64,000 nucleotides of DNA, taken from the NCBI GenBank assembly GCA_001800245.1, contig MGVA01000043.1:29098-93097 (forward strand), read 5' to 3'. A program made the translations under genes and the position numbers. The first letter of the stretch is position 1, and each line of letters begins with the position of its first letter. Below the pieces are notes generated by a model that had not been told where the DNA came from, made no database searches, and saw only the letters and a program-made list of their open reading frames with translations. Source of the stretch: Elusimicrobia bacterium RIFOXYA12_FULL_51_18. GTDB taxonomy: Bacteria > Elusimicrobiota > Elusimicrobia > Elusimicrobiales > UBA9959. This document shows, in pieces, positions 1 to 8,660 of the stretch.

Positions 1-290
1 ATCCAGCTCATCAGATAGGCGTTAATATATTCGGCCGCCATTCGGAAGACGAACAAGATCGGCAGCCCGATCAGCACAAGCTTGAGAGTGTGGAGGTTTT
101 TGTCCAGGAAGACGCCTTTTATTAAAGGCCCGGTAATGTAAATTACGCTGCCGCGGATGGCCGCGAGGAAAATCATGGATAGCGCTGCCTGGATGAAGCG
201 GAGCTTGTAGGGCTTGACATAGGCGGCAAGCGCCCTGGCCAGGATCTTGAAACGGTCTTGTTCGGCGGGGGGAGCGGTGTTATCGGACAT
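1..290 (-). CDS. ABC exporter permease/ATPase, MsbA-like; only the first ~96 codons lie in the window
   Basis: Own translation of the minus strand from ATG 290-288 gives MSDNTAPPAEQDRFKILARALAAYVKPYKLRFIQAALSMIFLAAIRGSVIYITGPLIKGVFLD..., the usual N-terminus/TM1 layout of type-I ABC exporters. The ATG overlaps the lpxB stop (TAATG). The position after lpxB fits a lipid A flippase. It is absent from the ORF track because it is truncated. Confidence 0.5.
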   Translation of the reverse strand, partial: MSDNTAPPAEQDRFKILARALAAYVKPYKLRFIQAALSMIFLAAIRGSVIYITGPLIKGVFLDKNLHTLKLVLIGLPILFVFRMAAEYINAYLMSW

Positions 291-1438
291 TATTTTAAAT
301 GGTTCAGGATCTTTTCCGCCGCCCGCTTGGCCGCGCCGGGATTCCCGAGCATACTGCGCAGGCCCAGGAACTCCTTGCGCATAGCGGCCATTTTTGGCGG
401 GGTGTTCAGTAGCGACAGGGCTTCCTGCGCCAGCGCCCCCGGGTTGGCTTTTTCCTGCATCAGCTCTTTGACCACCGATTTTTTAAGGAGGATATTGACC
501 AGGGAAATGTACTGTATTTTCACAATGCGCTTGGCTATGGCGAAGCTAGCTCTCGCCATCTTGTAGGCCACGGCCATAGGCAGGCCCATCAGCGCGTTCT
601 CAAGCGTGGCGGTGCCGGAGCAGGTAAAGGCAAAATCCATGGTGGAGCGGATCCTGTAGTCCTGCTCGCGGACTATTTCTATATCTTTGGACCAGTATTT
701 ATCCACGTTTTCCAGCGCGGGGATCAATTTTTCATCGGGGAACTCGGGCACGGCGAAGATATAGGCCTTGGCATCGGGGTAAACCGACTTTATTTTATAG
801 AAAGCCCGTACGAAGATCGGCAGGTGGCGGGCTATCTCGGATTTGCGGGAGCCGGGCAGGATCCCTATTTTAAAGGCGTGGCCTTCGGGTATATCAGGCT
901 TTACAACGGGCGCGGGCACGCTGTCCAGCAGTGGATGGCCCACGAATGAAACATTGGCCTTGGCTTTCTTATATATCTCCTCTTCAAAAGGGAAGATTAC
1001 CAGCACTTCTTTTACCAGGCGGGCTATCTTTGCGGCGCGGCCGGGCCTGGAGGCCCAGACTTGGGGGCTGATATAATAGAAAGCGGGGATGCTGCGGTGG
1101 GCGGCGAGCCCCAGGACCTGGTGGTTGAATCCATAAAAATCCACGGCTATTACGCAGCCCGGACGCTTTTCTTCCAGATAGCGGCGCACCAGGCGGATCA
1201 GTTTCAGCCAGAGAAAAAAATTCTTGAAAGGTTCGGCGAAACCGACCGCGCCAACCGAGACCAGATTGTAAATGAAGTGAGTTGAAACTTCCTGCATTCG
1301 GACTCCGCCGATGGAGGTGACGGAGAGTTCCGGGTCCTTTTCCTTGAGGGCTTTGATGAGGCCGGCGGCGTGGGTGTCGCCCGAAGGGTCTCCAGCCACT
1401 ACGAGGATGTTTTTGGTTGTGGGTACGATTCTGGCCAT
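290..1438 (-). CDS. lpxB: lipid-A-disaccharide synthase
   Basis: 382-aa ORF. The N-terminal VVAGDPSGDTHAAGLIKALK and the overall length match the LpxB (GT19) layout. It is embedded in the lpx operon. Confidence 0.9.
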   Translation of the reverse strand: MARIVPTTKNILVVAGDPSGDTHAAGLIKALKEKDPELSVTSIGGVRMQEVSTHFIYNLVSVGAVGFAEPFKNFFLWLKLIRLVRRYLEEKRPGCVIAVDFYGFNHQVLGLAAHRSIPAFYYISPQVWASRPGRAAKIARLVKEVLVIFPFEEEIYKKAKANVSFVGHPLLDSVPAPVVKPDIPEGHAFKIGILPGSRKSEIARHLPIFVRAFYKIKSVYPDAKAYIFAVPEFPDEKLIPALENVDKYWSKDIEIVREQDYRIRSTMDFAFTCSGTATLENALMGLPMAVAYKMARASFAIAKRIVKIQYISLVNILLKKSVVKELMQEKANPGALAQEALSLLNTPPKMAAMRKEFLGLRSMLGNPGAAKRAAEKILNHLK

Positions 1439-1459
1439 GTGAATTATTTCTCCGGCGGT

Positions 1460-2542
1460 TTAGGATTTATCTATGCCGGAGTTCTTCAGTCCTTCTTCCA
1501 CCATCATTCGGGTGGCATTCCCGATATCTCCCAGTGACTGGGCGAGAGAGGGTCTGGAATCCGGCATTTTGGCGCCGGAAAGTTCATAACGCTTGAGTGA
1601 GTCCACGATGTCCAGAGCCAGTCGCACGGCCTTGAGGCCCTTTTCTCCGCTGGGGGTCGGTTTCTTGGCGGTTCGTATGCAGTCTATGAAGTGGTAGAGC
1701 TCTTCTTTAATCGGTTCTTTGCGTTCCAGCTTGGGGAAGATGATCTCCACATCCTTAAGCGTCCTGATGACGGGACTTTTTTTCTTGTATATCTTAAGTC
1801 TGGAACTGACGTAATCCACGGAGATGTAGGCGTCTTCCTGGTATATGCGCATGCGGCGCGAAGCTTCCATGCTTACCCGGCTGGCGGTGATGTCCGCTAT
1901 GCAGCCGTTCTTGAACTTGATGCGCACATTGGAGATATCCTCATGGGAGGAAAGGATGCTGGCGCCCACAGCCTCAAAGCTCTCGATGGGGGTGTCCATC
2001 ATGGTAAGAAGGATGTCCAGGTCGTGGATCATCAGGTCCAACGTGACCCCGGTGGCGGCCACGCGCGGGTCGTACGGGCCAAGGCGCTCTATTGTGATGA
2101 ACCTGGGGTTCTTTATGTATTTCAGGGTTTCCACCACCGCCGGGTTGAATCTTTCCGAATGGCCAACTTGCAGCACCAGTTTTTTCCTCTCGGCCAGTTC
2201 CAGCAGCTTGCGCGCGCCTTCTTCTGAATTTGCGAGGGGCTTTTCCATCAGCACATGTATGCCGGCCTCAAGCGCTTTCATACCGATATCGGAGTGATAT
2301 TCCGTGGGCGCGGCCACGACCATGGCGTCCACCTGGCTAAGCAGTTCTTCCACGGTCTTGTATGCCACGCAGTTATGTTTCCAGGCCAGCATCTGGGCCC
2401 GGAGTAGGTTGGGGTCGGAGACTCCAATAAGCTCCGCTTCCGGCATCTTGGAGAGAGTGCGGGTGTGAAAACCGCCGAGTTTGCCGGCGCCTATGACGCC
2501 GAAGCGCATCTTTTTTTTCTTTTCGGGTGTGGTTGAATCCAT
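1460..2542 (-). CDS. Gfo/Idh/MocA-family NAD(P)-dependent oxidoreductase (possible GnnA-type UDP-GlcNAc 3-dehydrogenase)
   Basis: 360-aa ORF with an N-terminal Rossmann motif RFGVIGAGKLGGFHTR and Gfo/Idh/MocA-like organisation. It lies between lpxB and lpxI. The specific substrate cannot be proven from sequence. Confidence 0.8.
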   Translation of the reverse strand: MDSTTPEKKKKMRFGVIGAGKLGGFHTRTLSKMPEAELIGVSDPNLLRAQMLAWKHNCVAYKTVEELLSQVDAMVVAAPTEYHSDIGMKALEAGIHVLMEKPLANSEEGARKLLELAERKKLVLQVGHSERFNPAVVETLKYIKNPRFITIERLGPYDPRVAATGVTLDLMIHDLDILLTMMDTPIESFEAVGASILSSHEDISNVRIKFKNGCIADITASRVSMEASRRMRIYQEDAYISVDYVSSRLKIYKKKSPVIRTLKDVEIIFPKLERKEPIKEELYHFIDCIRTAKKPTPSGEKGLKAVRLALDIVDSLKRYELSGAKMPDSRPSLAQSLGDIGNATRMMVEEGLKNSGIDKS

Positions 2543-3002
2543 AAGGTCCTGGGTGTTCCAGATGTAGGCGCGTTTTAAAGCGCGTTTGATTTCGCGAAGG
2601 ATATAACAATTATTCTACCAAATTTTGACGTGACCATTACGCCCCGCACCGAAGCTGCCCTGGAGGGGAAGGTGATTGCCGGTAGCTTTGTTCTGCCGGT
2701 ATTTATTTACGGGACGAGAGCTGGGAAAGTCTGGAATTTTACGCTATAGCCCGAATCCTGCAATTCAAGCCGGTTTCCATTGGCAAACCGGCGGCACAAA
2801 AAATGCAGTATTCCCCGCAACCGCGGGTCGTGAATTTTCAGCGCTATGCGCGAAAATTCACGAGGGCATATCCGTCTCGAAGCGGCCCCTGAGCACTGCG
2901 AAGGGGAAAAATGCAACTGCATTTTTCAGGATAGCTTCAGACCACGATGGGCCGCCTCCCCTGATCTTCCAATGAAAACCTGCTTAAACTGCGGGATTCG
3001 GG

Positions 3003-3857
3003 TTAAACAATATGCGTTGGGTCCACGGAGATGACGGTGATATCAAGTTCCGCGGCTTTGGCCAGGAAAGCGTCTTTTTCCAGGATAAGGGTTTTTCCGG
3101 CTTCGACGGCTAAAATTGCAGCGCCCGCCTCACGCATGCTTTCAAGGGTTTGTACCCCTATGACAGGCAGGTCGAAGCGCATGTCCTGGCTGGGGCGGGC
3201 GACTTTTACCACGGCCATATCGGAGAGACGTTGCCCCGCGGCGGCGCCGCCGGCGCGCAGGACGGCCCCGGCCCTTTTGATGCAGGCGTCGGTGCCTTCC
3301 ATGGCCTCCACCGCTATGACCAGCATATCGCGCAGCACCACGGTCAGTCCGATGTCCAGGCCGGCCAGGGTTTTGGCGGCTTTCCAGCCGAACTCGATAT
3401 TGCGCATGGCGTTCTTGCCGGGTTTGGAGCCGGCCATAAGGCCCGGAGCGGGCAGGAGGTGTTCAAGGAAAGTGGCGGAATTGATCAGCTCTATGCCGTC
3501 TTTGTGTAATTCGGCCCCCAGGGCGCCCAGGAGGGAGTTTGCCTTTCTGTCCTTGAGGGTTAAAAGAAGTTTGGCGGCCCTTAAGTCCGGCATTATGCCG
3601 CCGAAGATAGAAACATGGGCCACTTTTCCCGCCATCAATACCCTGTTCACTCCGGCTTTCTTGAGAAAATCTATCGGTCCCGAGATCTGCCCCAGTTTGA
3701 AATAGGCGGTGGCGGCCGCGTACCGCTCTATCTCTTTAGGGGTGATGCCGTTAAGCCCAACGACAAAAACCGAATAACCCAGGTTCCTGGCCTCTTTGGC
3801 GAACATGAGCGGGAACGCGCCGCCTCCGGAGATGAGCCCTATCTTTTTCTCTGTCAT
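3003..3857 (-). CDS. lpxI: UDP-2,3-diacylglucosamine hydrolase LpxI (DUF1009 family)
   Basis: ORF 3003-3920 trimmed to ATG 3857, which makes an ATGA overlap with the lpxA stop. MTEKKIGLISGGGAFPLMFAKEARNLGYSVFVVGL... resembles the LpxI N-terminus. No LpxH-like gene is in the window. Confidence 0.8.
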   Translation of the reverse strand: MTEKKIGLISGGGAFPLMFAKEARNLGYSVFVVGLNGITPKEIERYAAATAYFKLGQISGPIDFLKKAGVNRVLMAGKVAHVSIFGGIMPDLRAAKLLLTLKDRKANSLLGALGAELHKDGIELINSATFLEHLLPAPGLMAGSKPGKNAMRNIEFGWKAAKTLAGLDIGLTVVLRDMLVIAVEAMEGTDACIKRAGAVLRAGGAAAGQRLSDMAVVKVARPSQDMRFDLPVIGVQTLESMREAGAAILAVEAGKTLILEKDAFLAKAAELDITVISVDPTHIV

Positions 3858-4657
3858 TCTTCCGCCGCTTGGACCGCGCTGCGCCGCGGACGGGCCACGC
3901 CACGCTTGGACTTCTCGCAAAATTCGACCATATGCATCGCTTCGGGAGAAAGTTTTTCCGTTTTAAGCCGGGCTATGGCTTCGGTCATAAGATAACCGCC
4001 GAAGAAAAGGGTCTTAAAAACGTGCTTTATGGATTTTATGCTCTCAAGGGTGACTCCGTTTCGCTTGAGCCCGATCAGATTCAGGGTTACGGGCTTAGCT
4101 CTGTCGCCCCTTGCCGTGCAATAGGGAACGATGTCCTGGTTGGCCATGGCGCCGCCGGAAAGCATGGCCAGCGTCCCTACCCGCGTGAACTGGTGGATGG
4201 CTACGAGGCCCGAGATAATGGCCTTGTCTTCAATGGTTACGTGGCCGGCCGCCACCGCGGAATTAACCATAATGATGTTGCTGCCGATATGGCCGTCATG
4301 GCCCACGTGGGAATTGCACATGAACATGCAGCCGGAGCCTATGGTGGTGATGCCGGTAAGCGGGGAGCCGCGGTGGAGCGATACGCCTTCGCGCACGATA
4401 TTGGAATCGCCCATTACCAGGCGGGTAGGTTCGCCGTGATATTTGTAGTCCTGGGGCGGCATACCGATGAAAGCGTGGCCGGTGAACTGGTTGTTTTTTC
4501 CGATCTCGGAAAACTCGATTATAGAGTGCGGGCCTACGGATGTTCCCGCGCCGATCTTAACATTTTCGCCTATAACTACGTAAGGGCCTATCTCCACGTC
4601 CTTATCCAACTGTGCGGATTCATGGATGATGGCGGTTTTGTGTATTTTGGTTGACAT
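3854..4657 (-). CDS. lpxA: acyl-ACP--UDP-N-acetylglucosamine O-acyltransferase
   Basis: 267 aa with left-handed beta-helix hexapeptide repeats. Blocks such as QDYKYHGEPTRLVMGD, HVGHD, AIHQF and NLIGLKRNG align by eye with E. coli LpxA. Confidence 0.92.
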   Translation of the reverse strand: MSTKIHKTAIIHESAQLDKDVEIGPYVVIGENVKIGAGTSVGPHSIIEFSEIGKNNQFTGHAFIGMPPQDYKYHGEPTRLVMGDSNIVREGVSLHRGSPLTGITTIGSGCMFMCNSHVGHDGHIGSNIIMVNSAVAAGHVTIEDKAIISGLVAIHQFTRVGTLAMLSGGAMANQDIVPYCTARGDRAKPVTLNLIGLKRNGVTLESIKSIKHVFKTLFFGGYLMTEAIARLKTEKLSPEAMHMVEFCEKSKRGVARPRRSAVQAAEE

Positions 4658-4812
4658 AGTTCCTCCAGAAAGTGTTCAGCGCCGGCCATACGCTGAAACC
4701 CCCTCTTTCGGGGTCTTTTGGCCGATTTTTGCGGGGGGACCCTTCCGGGGAACTTTCCGCATCGGGGTTCCACCTGCCCGCCTTTGCGCCGCTCAACCCT
4801 CAACCTGGCGCC

Positions 4813-5274
4813 TTAGTCTATGGCGAAAATCATTTCGGCTTCGGCGGCCTGTTCCTCACCGACAAAAGCGTCCCCATTGACCTTGCAGACCTTGCCTTTA
4901 AAACGCGCTATTTCGACATGCAGTTTGAGCACGTCGCCAGGGACCACCTGTCTGCGGAATTTGGCTCGGTTGACGCCGGCGAAATAGGCGAAGCGGCCTT
5001 TGAGTTCCGGCTGAGACATCATCATTGAAGCCGTTGTCTGCGCCATGGCTTCCAGTATCAGAACTCCGGGCAAAATAGGTTTGGTCGGAAAATGACCGTG
5101 GAAATAAAGTTCGTTGGCTGTCACGCATTTGGTGCCGACGCAAAATTTGTTTTCCTCTACGATCTCAACTTTATCCACCAGCAGGAAAGGATAGCGGTGG
5201 GGAATTATACGTAGGATCTCCTCGCAGGAGATAACCCGGAGGGGGGTGTAAATGCGGGGTTTTGTATCGTTCAT
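4813..5274 (-). CDS. fabZ: 3-hydroxyacyl-ACP dehydratase
   Basis: ORF 4813-5346 trimmed to the internal ATG at 5274 (MNDTKPRIY...). IIPHRYPFLLVDKV and FHGHFPTKPILPGVLILEAMAQ are the canonical FabZ hot-dog motifs. Confidence 0.9.
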   Translation of the reverse strand: MNDTKPRIYTPLRVISCEEILRIIPHRYPFLLVDKVEIVEENKFCVGTKCVTANELYFHGHFPTKPILPGVLILEAMAQTTASMMMSQPELKGRFAYFAGVNRAKFRRQVVPGDVLKLHVEIARFKGKVCKVNGDAFVGEEQAAEAEMIFAID

Positions 5275-5349
5275 GATAACTCCAAGCGAGTGTGCGGGCG
5301 GGTATGCCGGCGCGGAGTCCCAAAACATCCCGTATGGCGCCTGCACTCG

Positions 5350-6192
5350 CTAGTGATTATTATTCATTAATAGTTTAGCAAAAATCACATTGGTCTTGTG
5401 GGCGGTATAGGCCGCCTCAACGCTCACTTTTTCCAGCGCCATGCCGGTAAGCGCCAAGTCCCCGATAAGGTCCAGGAGTTTATGGCGCGCGAATTCGTTT
5501 GGGAAGCGCAGGGCGCCTTCGGAGCTTAAAAACGCGTCCTCGTCTATCACTACGGCGTTTTCAAGCGAACCTCCCAGGGCCAGGCCGGCGGCTTTGAGCC
5601 CGGCTATCTCGCTTTTGAACCCAAAAGTCCGGGCGGGTGCGACTTCTTTTAAGTAGTTTTTCGGAGTCAAGGTCGTCTCAAAGGTCTGTACGCCGATAAG
5701 CGGATGTGGGTGCGCGTAAGTCATTTTGAAGCGCGGCGACGGGGAAGGAGAGGCGCGGTAATAAACTTCCTCGAAAGAATATCCCACGGTCTTTTCCAGG
5801 ATCAGCAGGCTTCTTTCCTGCTCCGGTTTTTCCCGCAGGCCGGCGCTCGCGAGGGCTTTGGCGAAAGGCAGGGCGGAACCGTCGGCGGCCGGCGGTTCTT
5901 CCCCTTCCAGGGCGATGTCCATGTCGTCTATGCCGAGTCCCGCGCAGGCTGAAAGGACGTGCTCCACCGTATAAATTATTCTGGCGCCGTCCGAAAGATT
6001 GGTGCCGCGCACCGTTGTCGCGATGTTTTCGAGGGAGGCCTGTATCGGCCCGGTGAGATCCGGTTTGAAAAATCGGATGCCGGTCGGCCCCGCGGCCGGC
6101 ATAAAAGTTACCACAGACGGGCGTCCCTTGTGGAGCCCGATCCCGGCCATTACCGCGTTATTTGTTAATGTTTTCCGCATAGGCTTAGTCAC
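5350..6192 (-). CDS. lpxC: UDP-3-O-acyl-N-acetylglucosamine deacetylase
   Basis: 280 aa. GIGLHKGRPSVVTFMPA, TVEHVLSA and the C-terminal FARHKLLDLIGDLAL...HKTN match LpxC signatures. Confidence 0.92.
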   Translation of the reverse strand: MTKPMRKTLTNNAVMAGIGLHKGRPSVVTFMPAAGPTGIRFFKPDLTGPIQASLENIATTVRGTNLSDGARIIYTVEHVLSACAGLGIDDMDIALEGEEPPAADGSALPFAKALASAGLREKPEQERSLLILEKTVGYSFEEVYYRASPSPSPRFKMTYAHPHPLIGVQTFETTLTPKNYLKEVAPARTFGFKSEIAGLKAAGLALGGSLENAVVIDEDAFLSSEGALRFPNEFARHKLLDLIGDLALTGMALEKVSVEAAYTAHKTNVIFAKLLMNNNH

Positions 6193-6338
6193 AGGCTGTA
6201 ATTGAAAAACACGGCGTAAAAAATATCAAGGCTGCTTAAAACTTTTCAAAAAATTTATTGTTTTTAATTTACGCCATGTTACGATGAAATCCACCGCCGT
6301 TACGGCGAACGTCCGCTGCGGCAGCGGGCGAATTCCGG

Positions 6339-7364
6339 TTATAGGAATTTTTTCTTAAGTTTGCGTACGGTGGCGTAGAGTTCCGGCAGTTTTGAAAGTA
6401 TGACTTCTATCTTCATTGCTTCCAGGCGGGGGCGGCCCGTGTGGCCGAACACTACCTGGCCCGCGCCGAGGTCCGTTATTATGCCGGTCTTGGCCATGAC
6501 GATGGCGTTGTCGCCGATATTGATATGGTCGGACAGCCCGGCCTGTCCGCCTATGATCGCGTTGTTGCCTATAGCGGTCGAACCGGCTATGCCGGCTTGT
6601 GCCATAATAAGGCAGTTTCTGCCCACGCGCACGTTGTGCGCTATATGAACCATATTGTCCAGCTTGGAGCCGGCGCCGATAACGGTGGCGTCCAGCGCGG
6701 CGCGGTCTATGGCCGAATTGGCGCCTATCTCCACATCATCCTCTATGATAACGCGTCCGACCTGGGGGATCTTGGTGTGTTTGCCGGCGATGTTTATGTA
6801 ACCGTAACCATCGGAACCGATGACTACGCCCGGGTGCAGAATCACATTTTTGCCTATGACGCAGCGCTCGCGCACCGTGACGTTCGGATAGAGCCTGGAA
6901 TTTGCGCCTATGCTGGTCCCCGCGCCCACGTAGCATCCGGCGGAAATGACGGCGTTGTCTCCGATGACTACCGATCCTTCCACCACGGCGTGCGGCCCGA
7001 TGTGGACGCCCGCGCCTAATGTCGAGGTTTTATCCACTACCGCCGAAGGGTGGACGCCCGGCTTGGGCCGCGGGTTTAGTTCGGATTCGAATTTTAAAAG
7101 GACTTTGGCAAAAGCCTGCTTGGGGTCTTTTACATAAATAACGGCTCCGGCGCGGTTCGTCAGCGCGCTTTTAGCCTCTTGCGGGGCGATGATGCAGCCG
7201 GCGGGCCGGTTTACGGTCCAGGGAGCGTTAGCAGCTTTCTCCAGATAGGCCAGGTCGTTGGCTCCCGCGGTCGGAAGAGGGCCGGCGCCGGTTATTAAAG
7301 CGGCCGCCGGGCCCTGCAGTTCTCCGCCGACCAAAGCGGCGATTTCAGCGGGGGTTGTCTTCAT
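6339..7364 (-). CDS. lpxD: UDP-3-O-acylglucosamine N-acyltransferase
   Basis: 341 aa with an N-terminal uridine-binding-type domain ([12 protein letters not shown]...), then long hexapeptide repeats and a C-terminal helix. It holds the canonical position between skp and lpxC/fabZ. Confidence 0.9.
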   Translation of the reverse strand: MKTTPAEIAALVGGELQGPAAALITGAGPLPTAGANDLAYLEKAANAPWTVNRPAGCIIAPQEAKSALTNRAGAVIYVKDPKQAFAKVLLKFESELNPRPKPGVHPSAVVDKTSTLGAGVHIGPHAVVEGSVVIGDNAVISAGCYVGAGTSIGANSRLYPNVTVRERCVIGKNVILHPGVVIGSDGYGYINIAGKHTKIPQVGRVIIEDDVEIGANSAIDRAALDATVIGAGSKLDNMVHIAHNVRVGRNCLIMAQAGIAGSTAIGNNAIIGGQAGLSDHINIGDNAIVMAKTGIITDLGAGQVVFGHTGRPRLEAMKIEVILSKLPELYATVRKLKKKFL

Positions 7365-8305
7365 TGTTCTTCTTCCAGTTTTTCAAGCAGTTTCCCGGTG
7401 AGATCCACGGCCGAATGTCCGAAGAGAATATTACGCTTATCCACGATGACGCTTACTTCTTGTTTGACGGCCAGCTCTTTTAACGCGAGATAAATGCGGC
7501 CTAGAAGGATCTCGCTCCTGTGGCTTTCATATTCAAGCAGTTCCTTTTCCACCTGGCGCTGGTAAATTTTAAGGGCCTCTTCCTTCTTTCTTAGGTCGGT
7601 TTCTTTGACTATTATGGCCGCGTCTATTTCAGGGACCGCGGTGGAGACCGAGAACTTGAAATAACTAGCGGGAACCTTTGACACTCCCGGCATGTCAATT
7701 CCGAGGCCGGGCAGGCTGGAAATGGGGATAGCGGGCGGGGCCGGCGGCGCGGCCGCCGGGGATGTCTGGACCTGTGTGGAAGCTGCCGGGATTGAAGTTG
7801 AGACCAACGGAATTGCAGCGGTTGATGCCTGGGCCGTTGTCGGGGCCGGGAGCGAGGTGGAGATCTGCGGCGCGTCCGAAGTCGAGGCCGGGGTTGAAGC
7901 GGAGACCAGCGGCGCGGCTGTGGTTGATGTCTGGACCGGGAGCGGGGTTGCTGCGGCCTGGAGTTTTTCCAAGCTCATCTGTTCCTGAGTGGCGAGGAGC
8001 GACGGCAGAGTGAGAGCGAACTCCCGCTCTTGTTTGAGTTTGGCTATATCGGCTTTGAGAGCGTATATCTCATGTCTGCGCTGGTTGACGGACTCTTCTT
8101 TTTTCTTTATTTCTCCGAGGAACTCCTCGCGGGCGTTTAGAGTGCCGGAATATTCTTTGAAGACCCTGTCGATGTCCACATATCCGACGGTACCGGACTC
8201 GCCTTTATTTTCCTCCAGGGAGAGTTCCAGCGCCGCCGCCGGCGCCGTTAAGACGAATAAAAAACAGAGAATAGAAAATAGAGATTTCGGACTTGTGGCG
8301 GTCAT
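7361..8305 (-). CDS. skp: OmpH/Skp-family periplasmic chaperone with a long Ala/Thr/Ser/Pro-rich insertion
   Basis: The signal peptide is [32 protein letters not shown] and coiled-coil-like Lys/Glu-rich arms are present. It has the canonical bamA-skp-lpxD position and a 4-nt overlap with lpxD. Confidence 0.65.
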   Translation of the reverse strand: MTATSPKSLFSILCFLFVLTAPAAALELSLEENKGESGTVGYVDIDRVFKEYSGTLNAREEFLGEIKKKEESVNQRRHEIYALKADIAKLKQEREFALTLPSLLATQEQMSLEKLQAAATPLPVQTSTTAAPLVSASTPASTSDAPQISTSLPAPTTAQASTAAIPLVSTSIPAASTQVQTSPAAAPPAPPAIPISSLPGLGIDMPGVSKVPASYFKFSVSTAVPEIDAAIIVKETDLRKKEEALKIYQRQVEKELLEYESHRSEILLGRIYLALKELAVKQEVSVIVDKRNILFGHSAVDLTGKLLEKLEEEQ

Positions 8306-8328
8306 TCCGTTCCTCCTTTCCCAATACT

Positions 8329-8636
8329 TGCGTAGGTGCCGTCACAAAGCACTGTGTGCCTCAAACGGCCAATACCAGCCAACGGCTGTGCCGTAACTGA
8401 CCTATGGGCGTGCCGCATCAAGAGCTATGCTCATTAAAGCGGCCCAGGACTATGTCCATCAGAAGGCATTGCGTAGGTGCCGTCACAAAGCACACCATCC
8501 TATGGTCATGCCGTAACTGACCTATGGGCGTGCCGCATCAAGAGCTATGCTCATCAACGCGGCCAAGCGCTATGCGCGTCAGATGGCCTGGGCCTATGGC
8601 CAGCAAACGGCCTGTGTGCCTCGAACGCGGCCAATT
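8329..8636. repeat. degenerate tandem/direct repeats in the skp-bamA spacer
   Basis: A 25-nt word ttgcgtaggtgccgtcacaaagcac occurs at 8329-8353 and 8470-8494. An identical 45-nt word gccgtaactgacctatgggcgtgccgcatcaagagctatgctcat occurs at 8391-8435 and 8511-8555. ctgtgtgcctc(a/g)aac(-/gc)ggccaat occurs at 8353-8374 and 8613-8636. Confidence 0.8.
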
Positions 8637-8660
8637 TTCGAATCGCATGATCCTTACGCG

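Noticed and set aside
3869-4654. A 261-aa plus-strand ORF covers almost all of lpxA. Similar long antisense ORFs lie at 6441-7019 over lpxD, 1691-2227 over the oxidoreductase, and 3031-3705 over lpxI.
   Set aside because: These are mirror ORFs on the opposite strand of genes with unmistakable homology. GC-rich hexapeptide-repeat coding sequence lacks stops in the antisense frames. The translations are low-complexity (Gly/Ala/His/Arg-rich) with no recognisable motifs.
8329-8636. The direct repeats in the skp-bamA spacer were considered as a CRISPR array.
   Set aside because: There are only two or three degenerate copies with variable unit length (120-141 nt), no short uniform repeat/spacer periodicity, and no cas genes in the window.
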